From positions 1-46,204 of the IMG/VR virus record IMGVR_UViG_3300017700_000376: a DNA stretch of 46,204 nt, one strand, 5' to 3'. Positions 35,434 to 44,279 of the stretch are shown piece by piece. Below the pieces are notes generated by a model, which saw only the letters and a list, made by a program, of their open reading frames with translations, was not told the origin of the DNA and made no database searches. The translations under genes and the position numbers were made by a program. Positions within the stretch are counted from its first letter, which is position 1, and the number at the start of each line of letters is the position of its first letter. This DNA comes from a virus. Taxonomy: Duplodnaviria; Caudoviricetes.

Positions 35434-35679
35434 TCAGTCTCCGAACCCGCTGGACGTCAGGCACGCCTTGTCTCGGGTTCGCACGAACCCCAGCAGCCAG
35501 GTCATCAGGGGTTCCCACACCGCGGGCTTGTCGATCGCTTCAGCCTTCATGGCCTGCGTCAGCGGCGGTCGGGTGGTGCTCGTGCAGAGGGTGTCGACGG
35601 CGACCTTAACGGCCGGCGGGCTTGCCGTCGAACAACTCGTCAAGGCGATCGCGATAAGGAACAGCGCGCACATCCGCAT
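35434..35679 (-). CDS. o-spanin (Rz1-like lipoprotein)
   Basis: Signal peptide with lipobox LTS-C. Overlaps the i-spanin 3' end in another frame. Confidence 0.75.
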   Translation of the reverse strand: MRMCALFLIAIALTSCSTASPPAVKVAVDTLCTSTTRPPLTQAMKAEAIDKPAVWEPLMTWLLGFVRTRDKACLTSSGFGD

Positions 35680-35896
35680 CGGTCTTCTCCCGCTCAACTC
35701 GAGACTTTTCCTGCGTCTCGATCGTCTTCGACTGCACGGCGTTGGTGATCTCGGCGGCGCCGGCCTTCTTGCCGTCGTCACGAACGTCGCGGATGTACCA
35801 CGCCACGGCGCCCACGACGAGCATGAACGCCAGCGTCGCCAAGCCGATCTTGACGACCGGCTTGGACAGGAAGGCCAGGACGCCGGCGACGATCAC
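35606..35896 (-). CDS. i-spanin (Rz-like)
   Basis: N-terminal TM plus a charged helical tail. GTGA overlap with the endolysin. Confidence 0.75.
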   Translation of the reverse strand: MIVAGVLAFLSKPVVKIGLATLAFMLVVGAVAWYIRDVRDDGKKAGAAEITNAVQSKTIETQEKSRVEREKTDADVRAVPYRDRLDELFDGKPAGR

Positions 35897-36408
35897 AGTG
35901 GCAGCTTCCCTTGGTTCGGGTCGCGCGACCCGCCGCACAACATCGCCTGGTTGTAGTTGCCGTCCCACGCCGAGCGGTGCGGCATGCCCGGACGCCAGTT
36001 GCGGATGTAGTAGTCCCACGCGTGGTCCTTGGCGCCAAGCTCGGGCAGAGCGGCCTTGTCCTGCCACAGCAGCAGCCGCGCCATAGCGCAGGCGAGCGGG
36101 TCGTGCCACGCCATTGCCTCGAACACGTCGTCGGCCAGCTGCGGGATGTCCCAATAGTCGCACAGCGCGCGAAGTTGCTTGGGCGTCTTCTGGAACAGTT
36201 CGGCCACGCCGCCGTGCCGCTCGAACTGCCAGTAGCTGCGCGCCGGGCCGCCGACCTGGCGGCGATGAGACCACGCGCTCTCCTGGCCGGCGATCGCCAT
36301 GATCATCACGCGCGCCTCGTCGGTGACTGGAATTGCGATCTCGGGCATGGCGAACATGCGTTGCAGGGACGGTTCGACAATGCGAGTGAAGAACAGTGCT
36401 GGTTTCAT
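35893..36408 (-). CDS. Endolysin (lysozyme-like/transglycosylase fold)
   Basis: AIAGQES, GPARSYWQFE, WDYYIRNWRPG motifs. Sits between holin and spanins. Confidence 0.75.
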   Translation of the reverse strand: MKPALFFTRIVEPSLQRMFAMPEIAIPVTDEARVMIMAIAGQESAWSHRRQVGGPARSYWQFERHGGVAELFQKTPKQLRALCDYWDIPQLADDVFEAMAWHDPLACAMARLLLWQDKAALPELGAKDHAWDYYIRNWRPGMPHRSAWDGNYNQAMLCGGSRDPNQGKLPL

Positions 36409-36599
36409 AGACCGTGACCTCCGTATATTTCCTCGGCCGCGTACTTCAGACGGGCCGCGTAACGCTGTTGTACCTCGATCTCGCGGACCGTGTCACGCGT
36501 CTCGTTACGCAGGTCTTCCTTGATGCGCTTCAGGTTCTCGATGTCGATGTCGTTCGCGTCGTGGCGGGCTCGAACGATCGTGGGCTTTTCGATAGCCAT
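36405..36599 (-). CDS. Hypothetical protein in the lysis cassette
   Basis: 64 aa, charged, SD AAGGTGA. Confidence 0.6.
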   Translation of the reverse strand: MAIEKPTIVRARHDANDIDIENLKRIKEDLRNETRDTVREIEVQQRYAARLKYAAEEIYGGHGL

Positions 36600-36603
36600 G
36601 ACG

Positions 36604-36888
36604 TCACCTTTGGTTCTGCAGAAGGGTCTTCACCAATTGGTTCTGATCGGCCAGGGCGGCCCCGATCTTCTCCAGCGCCGCCTTGCGCGCCGGCTCGGCT
36701 TCGATCTGCGCCATCAGCACCGCTTTGTACTCCGACTGCAAGCCGTCGAGCTTGGTGTTGAGCCGCGCGATCTCGTCGTTCTTCGCTTTGTAGACGGACG
36801 CGGCGACCTTCGTGACGACACCGCCAATAGCCGTGGCCACGACGCCGATCGCTACGGCCAGGTTCTCAGGGATAACGTAGTCGGCCAT
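36604..36888 (-). CDS. Putative holin/antiholin (1 TM plus coiled coil)
   Basis: LAVAIGVVATAIGGVV helix, first gene of the lysis cassette, SD GGAGG. Confidence 0.6.
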   Translation of the reverse strand: MADYVIPENLAVAIGVVATAIGGVVTKVAASVYKAKNDEIARLNTKLDGLQSEYKAVLMAQIEAEPARKAALEKIGAALADQNQLVKTLLQNQR

Positions 36889-36957
36889 GGTATAGTTGCC
36901 TCCCCTTATGAAGGCACAATATGTAGCACAGGCGGTGCAGCCAGTCTGTACGGCAAG

Positions 36958-37326
36958 TTACGTGCCGCGTTCGTACGTGGTGAACACCACGTCGCCGGCG
37001 CCTTCAGGGCAGATGACGGATATGGCACACCGCGCCGCCGGCCGCAGCTTGTCCGCCGATGGCACCAGAAACAGTAAGTCTCGACCCGCCCACACGATCG
37101 TGTCGGTGTTCGCGGCGCGCACCAGCGTTTCACCCTCTTTGCACATGCGAAAGTGGATGTCGTACGCGCCGGTGTTGGCGACGCTTAGGATGTCGCCCGG
37201 CACACCCGGCAAGACGGCCGGCACGCTCGGCGTCGAACTGGCGGTCACGCGCAGCCCGGTTTGTCCAAGACGCGGCGCCAAAGGAACGTGGTCGTTGTAA
37301 ATGACGGTGATGCTCTCGGGTATCAT
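36958..37326 (-). CDS. Hypothetical protein (tail-associated?)
   Basis: 122 aa, beta-rich, follows the tailspike, SD AGGA. Confidence 0.6.
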   Translation of the reverse strand: MIPESITVIYNDHVPLAPRLGQTGLRVTASSTPSVPAVLPGVPGDILSVANTGAYDIHFRMCKEGETLVRAANTDTIVWAGRDLLFLVPSADKLRPAARCAISVICPEGAGDVVFTTYERGT

Positions 37327-37336
37327 GGTCCTGCCC

Positions 37337-39664
37337 CTACTGTGCGAATGCCGAGAACGGCTTGTCCGAGGCGCCGGCGATCAGCGCGGCCGGCGAGATT
37401 TCGAAGTAGTCGGCCGCGCCAGCGGTACCCACCGGCGCCATCTGGATACACAGGCAGGCGTTGCCGATGCCGGCCGGTAGGACATGCCGAACGTTGTAGA
37501 ACCGGCCGGTCGGGTCGAGCGTGACGTTCACGTTGGCGGTCTGCGCCGGTCCGGTCGTGTACGTGCCCACGCTGGCGCCGCTGGTGATCAAGGTTTCGCC
37601 CACACCCGTCCCGGTTCGGAAGAACGTGCGGATCTGCGACAAGGACGTCGACAGGTTGGCGCCGGCGCGGGCGTCGAAAATGAACGTGACTTCTTTGCCT
37701 TCGAGTTGGCGAACGAGCGAAGACGCCAGTTCGAACGCGAGGAATATCGACTGCGTGCTCGCATTGCCGCTGTCGCGCTGCACGCGCAGGCAGCTTTCGG
37801 TTCCCGCAAAGCCCGTCTGTTTCGAGATGGTGGCGGCCAGGGCACCGCGCCACGTCTTCCAACCCGTGGCCACGTCGTAGATCGTGTTGCTGGCCAGGAT
37901 GGCTACCGGCGAGCCCGCCGGCCAGTCGAACAGCGGGTTGCTCAGCAGGTTGCTCGACCCCTCCGTCGCGCGGTCGCGCACGAGGTTGGTCGTCGTGACG
38001 GTAGCCAGCCCCTCGTCGGTCACGAGCAAGCGGCCGTTGGTGCGCCGACTATCGTAGTCGAGTAGCGCCGCCTTGCAGCCGACGTCGAACGTCACGCGCC
38101 CTTGTGCAGTGACCGTAAGGCCCGTCGCCGGGTCGACGTTGATGATGTCGATGTCGGGGCCGATCGTGGCGCGGTCTACGTTGAACAGCCGTGCGAGCGT
38201 GATGGGAATAGGCGTGGCGTTCTCGGCGCGCAGATTGCCTTTGCGCAAATTGACCGTGCCGATGTTCGGATAGCCGGACGTGTTGGCGATGAGCAACCCG
38301 ATCTGCGTCGTCGCATCGCCGCGGAACACACCTGACACGCCGATGTTGACGTTCACGGGCGTGCGGCCTCGGCCGATCGGGTTGCCGACCGCAACTGCCG
38401 GCACTGAAGACGCGCTGCCGGACCAAACGTGGGTGGGGTCCATGTCCATGTGCGCATCCCAGTCGACGTACTTGGTGTCGTAGAACTCGAACGCAGACGG
38501 TCTGTTGCTGCCCGACGTAGTCTTGGCGTTGATGATCCGGCTGCGGCCGGACACGGACTCGACCATCTCTGTGTAGAAACAGCCGCGCGATCCGATAGAC
38601 ACCGCCTCGTTCCATAGGACGAGCCGGCGCGCGTTGCGCAGCTTGTAGGCCATGTGCTCGGGCGAGTTGACCGTCAACAAGCTGCCCGTGACGACGACGT
38701 TCTCGGCCGCCGGCATGTCGGGCGTCAAGTCGGGTTCGGTGTCTACGGTGTCGTCGACGCCGTCGATGCTTCCGGTGCCGTATATGGCGTGCGGCGGTGC
38801 GCCTTGCGTCTTCGTTATGTTGTCGGTGAAATGCACGCCCGCCAGTTCGATGTCCTTGACGTACCCGAAGATGCGACCGAAGTCCTCGCCATAGCTGCGG
38901 TGGTTATTGACCACGCCACCCTCTGACGGGTCTTTCACCAAGTACAGCCACACGTCGCCGGTTGGAACCGCAGTTGGCGGGTCCCAAGTAATTACGTTTG
39001 TGCCGGTGTCGTAGGCCGTCACAAGAACGACGGACGTCCAGTTGCCGCCGGTGGTCCCCCTGGCCAGGAAGCGCGCGCCGACCCAATAGTCGGCGCCACG
39101 CTGCTGCGGCGTGTTGAGCTTCAGCGTCGTCGTCGTCATCGACGCGCCGTAAACAGCCGCCTCGTAGTAGCGCTCCAGCCCGCCTATCCACCGGATACCC
39201 GCGATGAAGTTGCGCGTAACGATGTTCTCGATGAGCGGGTCAGGCCCTTGGAGGACAAGCGCCGACGCTTCGGTCCGGCGGAACTCGCCCAAATAACGCT
39301 GGGTGATGTTACCGTTGGTGATGCGCGTTTTCGTTACGGGATTGCGGAGATCCATGTTTCGCACGCGGCAGCGCTTGCCGGTGATGCGCGCGACGTTCTT
39401 GCCGTAGCTCGTTTGGTAGATGGTGGCCACGCCGTTAGGGCAGATGAACTCGATGTCATCCGCCGTGATGTTCAGACCCTGGCTGAGGTTGTAGGCGCCG
39501 GCCGGCACCCTGAGTTGGCGGTGGCCGTCTTCGAGGACGACCTGCAACGTCTTCTGAAACGCCTCGTCGGATAGCGTCGGCTGGTCGGGGTACGCCCCGA
39601 ACGTGGCGACACTAAGCGGCTCTGTGCGGATGAGCAAAGCCGATTGTTTGCTGGACCGCTCCAT
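37337..39664 (-). CDS. Tailspike/depolymerase (beta-helix plus C-terminal CBM-like jelly roll)
   Basis: SVATFGA..D..AFQ..VPAGAY pectate-lyase-3-like start. NLLSNPLFD begins the CBM-like domain. Confidence 0.8.
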   Translation of the reverse strand: MERSSKQSALLIRTEPLSVATFGAYPDQPTLSDEAFQKTLQVVLEDGHRQLRVPAGAYNLSQGLNITADDIEFICPNGVATIYQTSYGKNVARITGKRCRVRNMDLRNPVTKTRITNGNITQRYLGEFRRTEASALVLQGPDPLIENIVTRNFIAGIRWIGGLERYYEAAVYGASMTTTTLKLNTPQQRGADYWVGARFLARGTTGGNWTSVVLVTAYDTGTNVITWDPPTAVPTGDVWLYLVKDPSEGGVVNNHRSYGEDFGRIFGYVKDIELAGVHFTDNITKTQGAPPHAIYGTGSIDGVDDTVDTEPDLTPDMPAAENVVVTGSLLTVNSPEHMAYKLRNARRLVLWNEAVSIGSRGCFYTEMVESVSGRSRIINAKTTSGSNRPSAFEFYDTKYVDWDAHMDMDPTHVWSGSASSVPAVAVGNPIGRGRTPVNVNIGVSGVFRGDATTQIGLLIANTSGYPNIGTVNLRKGNLRAENATPIPITLARLFNVDRATIGPDIDIINVDPATGLTVTAQGRVTFDVGCKAALLDYDSRRTNGRLLVTDEGLATVTTTNLVRDRATEGSSNLLSNPLFDWPAGSPVAILASNTIYDVATGWKTWRGALAATISKQTGFAGTESCLRVQRDSGNASTQSIFLAFELASSLVRQLEGKEVTFIFDARAGANLSTSLSQIRTFFRTGTGVGETLITSGASVGTYTTGPAQTANVNVTLDPTGRFYNVRHVLPAGIGNACLCIQMAPVGTAGAADYFEISPAALIAGASDKPFSAFAQ

Positions 39665-40000
39665 TTAGATCAGGACGAGACTGAACGCCCGGTTGGCGCC
39701 CGCGTTGACGGGCGTCGTCTTGTCGCCCTGGCGTAGCTTCAGAAAGCGAGCGCCCACCAACATGTCCCGCGGCATCTCGATCGACTGGCTTTCGGCCGCG
39801 ACGATGACGACCGACTTCTCGACGCCGAGATAGTCGAGTACGGGCAGGAACGTCCCGTCGACGGTGGCCGCTTCGAGAAACGTCAGCTTCGTGGTGTCGA
39901 GCGCGGCGGGCGTGATGATGCGCGCCACCTTCTGATCGCGAACGTCGACGACGCTCGACTGGTCGGCGCCGGATGCGATCGTGGCCTGTGCGACGTTCAT
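39665..40000 (-). CDS. Small tail-associated beta-sandwich protein
   Basis: ATIASGA..S..VD ... RFLKLR pattern often found before tailspikes. Confidence 0.6.
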   Translation of the reverse strand: MNVAQATIASGADQSSVVDVRDQKVARIITPAALDTTKLTFLEAATVDGTFLPVLDYLGVEKSVVIVAAESQSIEMPRDMLVGARFLKLRQGDKTTPVNAGANRAFSLVLI

Positions 40001-40024
40001 GGCGGCGCTCCTAGAAGTTGGCGA

Positions 40025-40495
40025 TTACAGAACGCGCGGGTTCAGCAGCACCATGTTGGTGCCGTCGTAGACGAGGAGGCACAGCATGTTGGCGATGATG
40101 TCGTTGTTCGACAACGTCGTGCTCGTGGCCTTGACGATCGTCTTGGCGCCGAGGCCGTTGAAATTGACCGACGCAGCGCCCGTGTTGGCCGTGGCCGCCT
40201 TCAGAACGTAGAGCCGGCCCGTGACGTAGGCGGTTGGCACCGGCGACAACGTGGCGACGTAGGTGTCGGTCGACCCGGCGTCGACGCCGTAGTTCGGAGC
40301 GCCAGCCAGGTCGGTCGTTCCGGCCACCGTCAGATTGCCGGTGATCGTAGCGTTCTCCAGCACCTGAAGCGTCTTGAACGTGTGGTCGCCGATGGCGCCG
40401 GGGAGCGGAAGGGTCTGCGCCGACAGGCCGAGATACATCGGGCCGGCGAGGAGCGCCGTGGTCAGCGCAAAAGCGGCAAGGATACGACGCAGCAT
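40025..40495 (-). CDS. Signal-peptide protein carrying a tail-fibre-type domain
   Basis: MLRRILAAFALTTALLAG N-terminus. ANTGAASVNFNGLGAKTI..LVYDG domain. SD GGAG. Confidence 0.7.
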   Translation of the reverse strand: MLRRILAAFALTTALLAGPMYLGLSAQTLPLPGAIGDHTFKTLQVLENATITGNLTVAGTTDLAGAPNYGVDAGSTDTYVATLSPVPTAYVTGRLYVLKAATANTGAASVNFNGLGAKTIVKATSTTLSNNDIIANMLCLLVYDGTNMVLLNPRVL

Positions 40496-40569
40496 GGGGT
40501 GCTCCCGGAGTGTAGCGGTTACGGCGAGCCATAGTAGCCGCAACCGCCCGGAGACACAAGATGGGCTAT

Positions 40570-41769
40570 TTAGCCGATACGAAGGACGCTGATCACACTG
40601 TCCCTGCCGCGGCCCGACGCGTTATACGCTATCGCCCCGTCCGTGCGGGTGCTTGGGCGCACGCTAAGGCGCACATTCGCGGCGGGGTCTGTGATGCGGC
40701 CGGATAGGTGCGCGTGCCCGTAGTAAGTTCCGGCCACGGATACAAGGTGCATGCGGGTCGACGCTATGACGTTGGTGCCGTCCCACAACTGCACGTCGAC
40801 AATGTCGCCGCCGACCGTGTTCTGAACAGTCACACTCCCTTCAACCAACCACCGACCCGCGGCCACCGATATCGTGGGTCCGTCGAACCACGTTGCGGTG
40901 GCGTTCATCGCAACGTTGGACCCGAGCACTTCCGTGTCGTCTTCCGGCACGAACCCGCCGTTGGCGCGAGGCAGCACGCCCGTGATGTCTACCGTCGCGA
41001 TGTCCACCTGGTCGTACGCCAGCGCGCCAGCGATTACCTTCAGGAACCGATTGTTGGCGCCGATGGGCAGGCGCCCCACCGCATCGTTCGCGGTGCCCAC
41101 CAGCAAATCTCCAGCGGCGTCTACGACCGCCTTCGGGATCGCGGCTGCGGTGGACGCAGCGATGGCGGCTGTCGTTTCGGCTTGGCTGTAGACGCTCAGT
41201 GCAGTGCGTCCGGCGAGCGCGTCCAGCAACTGGACCCACGTCAATCCGAACGTCGTCATGGCGACGTCGGGCGCCGCGGCCCCTGCAACGGCGATCGGCT
41301 TGCCGTTGACGTCGAACCCGAGATATTTCGAGGCGCGCTCCGTAGCAGTCGGCAACGCCGCAATGTTCGCCGCGGTGTCAGTCGTCGGGAACTTCAACGT
41401 CGACGCAAGCGCGTCGCGCAGTTGCTGGCATATGAACACGATGCGGTCGAACATCTGTTCGAGCCGCGCACTGGCCAGGCTGGCCAGGGTGGGGATGTCG
41501 GTCGGCTGCGTGTACGGCACCTCGCGGCGAACTGACACCGTCCCTCCCGACAGCGCCGCGAAACCCGTCATCGGTGTTACGGTGGCGGTAAGGTACTCGG
41601 GAGGAACCAGCGCGACGGTGTAGTGTACGCCCAGCGTGGCGACCGTGTCGGCCGCGCCGTAGCGCACCTTCAATTCGGTCGCCGCCTGAACAGGAAACTC
41701 CACGTTCAGCGGCACGCCGTCGGCGATGCTGGTGTAGACTTCGGAACTTTGTTCGGTCGCTACGGTCAT
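40570..41769 (-). CDS. Tail fibre protein (T7 gp17-like N-terminal adaptor)
   Basis: N-terminal F..LKV..G..YTV ... LEQMFDRIVFICQQL. AAGDLLVGTA..RLPIG repeat. Confidence 0.82.
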   Translation of the reverse strand: MTVATEQSSEVYTSIADGVPLNVEFPVQAATELKVRYGAADTVATLGVHYTVALVPPEYLTATVTPMTGFAALSGGTVSVRREVPYTQPTDIPTLASLASARLEQMFDRIVFICQQLRDALASTLKFPTTDTAANIAALPTATERASKYLGFDVNGKPIAVAGAAAPDVAMTTFGLTWVQLLDALAGRTALSVYSQAETTAAIAASTAAAIPKAVVDAAGDLLVGTANDAVGRLPIGANNRFLKVIAGALAYDQVDIATVDITGVLPRANGGFVPEDDTEVLGSNVAMNATATWFDGPTISVAAGRWLVEGSVTVQNTVGGDIVDVQLWDGTNVIASTRMHLVSVAGTYYGHAHLSGRITDPAANVRLSVRPSTRTDGAIAYNASGRGRDSVISVLRIG

Positions 41770-44279
41770 GGCGTGCCTCTGTATTCAGGGAGACGTGACG
41801 GCAGCGGCTGACCCGGCCCCCACCAGCTTTCGTTTCCAAAGTCCTTGACGCGCTGACGTTCCTTGCGGTCCATCTTCAGCGCGCCCCTCGGGTCACTCAT
41901 AGCACGAAGCGGGTCGAATAGCTCGCGCTGGAGCGCCGTGCGGCCCCACCACACCGACGAGCCGGGCGTGTAGCGCGAACCGAACTCGACCGCCTTCGCC
42001 AGCCACGGCGCCGACTTGTCGTTCTTGTCAGCCTTCAGCGTGCCCATCTCGTCGGCGAACTTGAACATGCTGCCGAACGCCAACTGCGTCACGTCGCCAG
42101 CGAACCCGGCGATCGGACCGGCCGCCATCTCTGTCGGCCCCTGGCCTTGCTTGTTGATGCCCGAGAACAGGAAGTCGCCCCACAGCGCCATGCCGCCGGA
42201 CGCCAGCGTGGCCTTGCCCCAAAAGGCTGGCGTGTCCATCGGCAGCGGATCTCGACCCTTCGCCATCTCGCGAAGCTGCAGACCCACGGCGCCGGCGAGA
42301 ACGAGCGACGTTCCCATGCCGGCGAGGAACCCCAGTCTCGAGTTTCGGTTCGGCGTCGCCATGGCCACGCGGCCGTACATCAGCGCCAGGCTGACCGGGA
42401 AGTTCTTGTACATCGCGAACGAGTGCAGCAGGGCGCCGGGCAGGCTATCAGGGCGCAGGTTGCCCTTCAGCGTGATCGCCGCCTCTGACGTGCTGGTCGG
42501 CACCATGTAGCGGCTCTCCTGCCACATCATGTTCTGAAAGCGCTGGTAGATATCCTGCGCGCCGCCAACCTTGCTGTTCAGGATGCTCGACGGCCGCATC
42601 AGGTCGACGCCTTCGCGCCACGTCCACAACGGGACTGCGCGCATTTTGTCCCAATCGGCGGCCGTGATGCTGTACCGCTCCATCATCGGCTTGAACGGCA
42701 GCTTGTCGAACTCTGTGTCTTTCAGGGCGCCCAACGCCGACATCATCTCCTTGATGTTGACCGACCGGGCGGCGTTGGTGTGGGCGTTCATCATCGTTGC
42801 GCGCATGGTGACGTCGGCGATCTTCTTCGTCACGGCCGGGCCGTACTCGGCGAGCCCGCTGAAGCGCGACTTCGTGTAGATGCTATGCACCATTTCATCG
42901 ATGATGAACCCCGACTGCAGGGCGAACCGCTGCATCTCCGCGGGCTTCAGCAGCTTGAAGTAGTCGAGCGTTCCCGTCAGGAACGGCAAGCCGTTCAGCG
43001 CGCGCATGATCATCGACGACGCAAAGTCGCCGGGCATGGCGGCCAGGGACGCCGAACCAAGCTGCGCCGCCGTGAGCACGTTGCCCGTTCCGATCACGGC
43101 GTTGGCGGTGACGCTCTCCGGGTTCATGGCATTGCTGCGAAGTTGGAACTCGGCGAGCGTGTCGAACTTCAGCAGCGCGGCCGACGTCTCCTGCCCGGCC
43201 TTGGCGCCGATCGCCTCGCCGCGCTTCATAGCCATCGCCTTGACGGTCTTGATCATGGCCTCGGGGTTGCTGCCGAATACGCGTAGCAGGCCCATCTTGT
43301 GCGCCATGTTGTCGACGTAGCTGGTCATCACCTCGTAGACGTTGCCGTCGCCGTACTTGCCGTGCATGTCGAGCCACGCCTGGCCGTCCTTGAAGACGAG
43401 GAAGCGGTGTTCGTCGACAGCGTTGCCGAGCGCGCTGCCGTTGCCGCCGAACTTGTTGGGGTCGATCTTGTTCTGCCCGTCGCTCGACAGCGTGCGCCAC
43501 ACTTCCTTCAGGACGTCGGCGCGTTCGGCCGGCTTGATGGGCGCACCGTTCGGCCACCGCATGCGGTCCCAATCCAGCCAGTTCATGTGGTCAGCGATCC
43601 ACTGCGCGCCCTCTTTGCCACCGGCCTTGATGATGCGGCCCTGCGACTGAAGCTGCGGCAGGCCCCAATTGTCCAGACGACGCATCGTGCCGCCGGCGTG
43701 GTTCCACAGGTCGACGGCCATGCCGGCGGTCTTGTTCCACGCCGTCGCCATTTGCTTTGCGACGTCGTCGCCGGTCGCCTTGCCGAAAATCTCGTGGACG
43801 ACGTTCTCCATGTAGGCTTTACCCTTCTGGAAACCGAACGCGCCCTTGCCGAGCGTCTCGATCACGTCGCCCATCGCCGCGAACATCTGGTCGCGGTACG
43901 ACGCCGCCATCTGTTCGACGTTGAGGCCGGACTTGCTGCGCGCGTCGGGCGTCAGCAGCGCCATCGCCGCGGCTGCCGGGCTCGCCTTCTGGTTCGTGGT
44001 GCCCAAGATCGCCGTGTTGTAGTCGAAGTTCTCGAAGTGCATGTTGATGGCGGACTTCTTCAACAGCGTGTCGTAGGCGCGGCGGTTCTTCTCGCGGGTG
44101 GCAAGCTCCGTCTCGGCAAGCACGCGCGACATGGCCAGGGTGTCGGGGTCGGGCGCACCTTCCGCGACGTAGGCTTCGCGCAGCCCCTGAAAGCGATCGA
44201 CGATCTCGGCTTGACGCTTGTCGCCGTAGCCGCGCTTCGTCAGTTCTTCGGTCAGGCAGGTCAGGAAGGGCGAGAGCAT
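41766..44279 (-). CDS. Large internal virion/ejection protein
   Basis: 837 aa. FAMYKNFP, EMAKGRDP, SGGMALWGDFL motifs typical of BPP-1-like ejection proteins. Confidence 0.8.
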   Translation of the reverse strand: MLSPFLTCLTEELTKRGYGDKRQAEIVDRFQGLREAYVAEGAPDPDTLAMSRVLAETELATREKNRRAYDTLLKKSAINMHFENFDYNTAILGTTNQKASPAAAAMALLTPDARSKSGLNVEQMAASYRDQMFAAMGDVIETLGKGAFGFQKGKAYMENVVHEIFGKATGDDVAKQMATAWNKTAGMAVDLWNHAGGTMRRLDNWGLPQLQSQGRIIKAGGKEGAQWIADHMNWLDWDRMRWPNGAPIKPAERADVLKEVWRTLSSDGQNKIDPNKFGGNGSALGNAVDEHRFLVFKDGQAWLDMHGKYGDGNVYEVMTSYVDNMAHKMGLLRVFGSNPEAMIKTVKAMAMKRGEAIGAKAGQETSAALLKFDTLAEFQLRSNAMNPESVTANAVIGTGNVLTAAQLGSASLAAMPGDFASSMIMRALNGLPFLTGTLDYFKLLKPAEMQRFALQSGFIIDEMVHSIYTKSRFSGLAEYGPAVTKKIADVTMRATMMNAHTNAARSVNIKEMMSALGALKDTEFDKLPFKPMMERYSITAADWDKMRAVPLWTWREGVDLMRPSSILNSKVGGAQDIYQRFQNMMWQESRYMVPTSTSEAAITLKGNLRPDSLPGALLHSFAMYKNFPVSLALMYGRVAMATPNRNSRLGFLAGMGTSLVLAGAVGLQLREMAKGRDPLPMDTPAFWGKATLASGGMALWGDFLFSGINKQGQGPTEMAAGPIAGFAGDVTQLAFGSMFKFADEMGTLKADKNDKSAPWLAKAVEFGSRYTPGSSVWWGRTALQRELFDPLRAMSDPRGALKMDRKERQRVKDFGNESWWGPGQPLPSRLPEYRGTP

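Noticed and set aside
37337-41769. Diversity-generating retroelement as in BPP-1
   Set aside because: No reverse transcriptase and no TR/VR repeat pair seen
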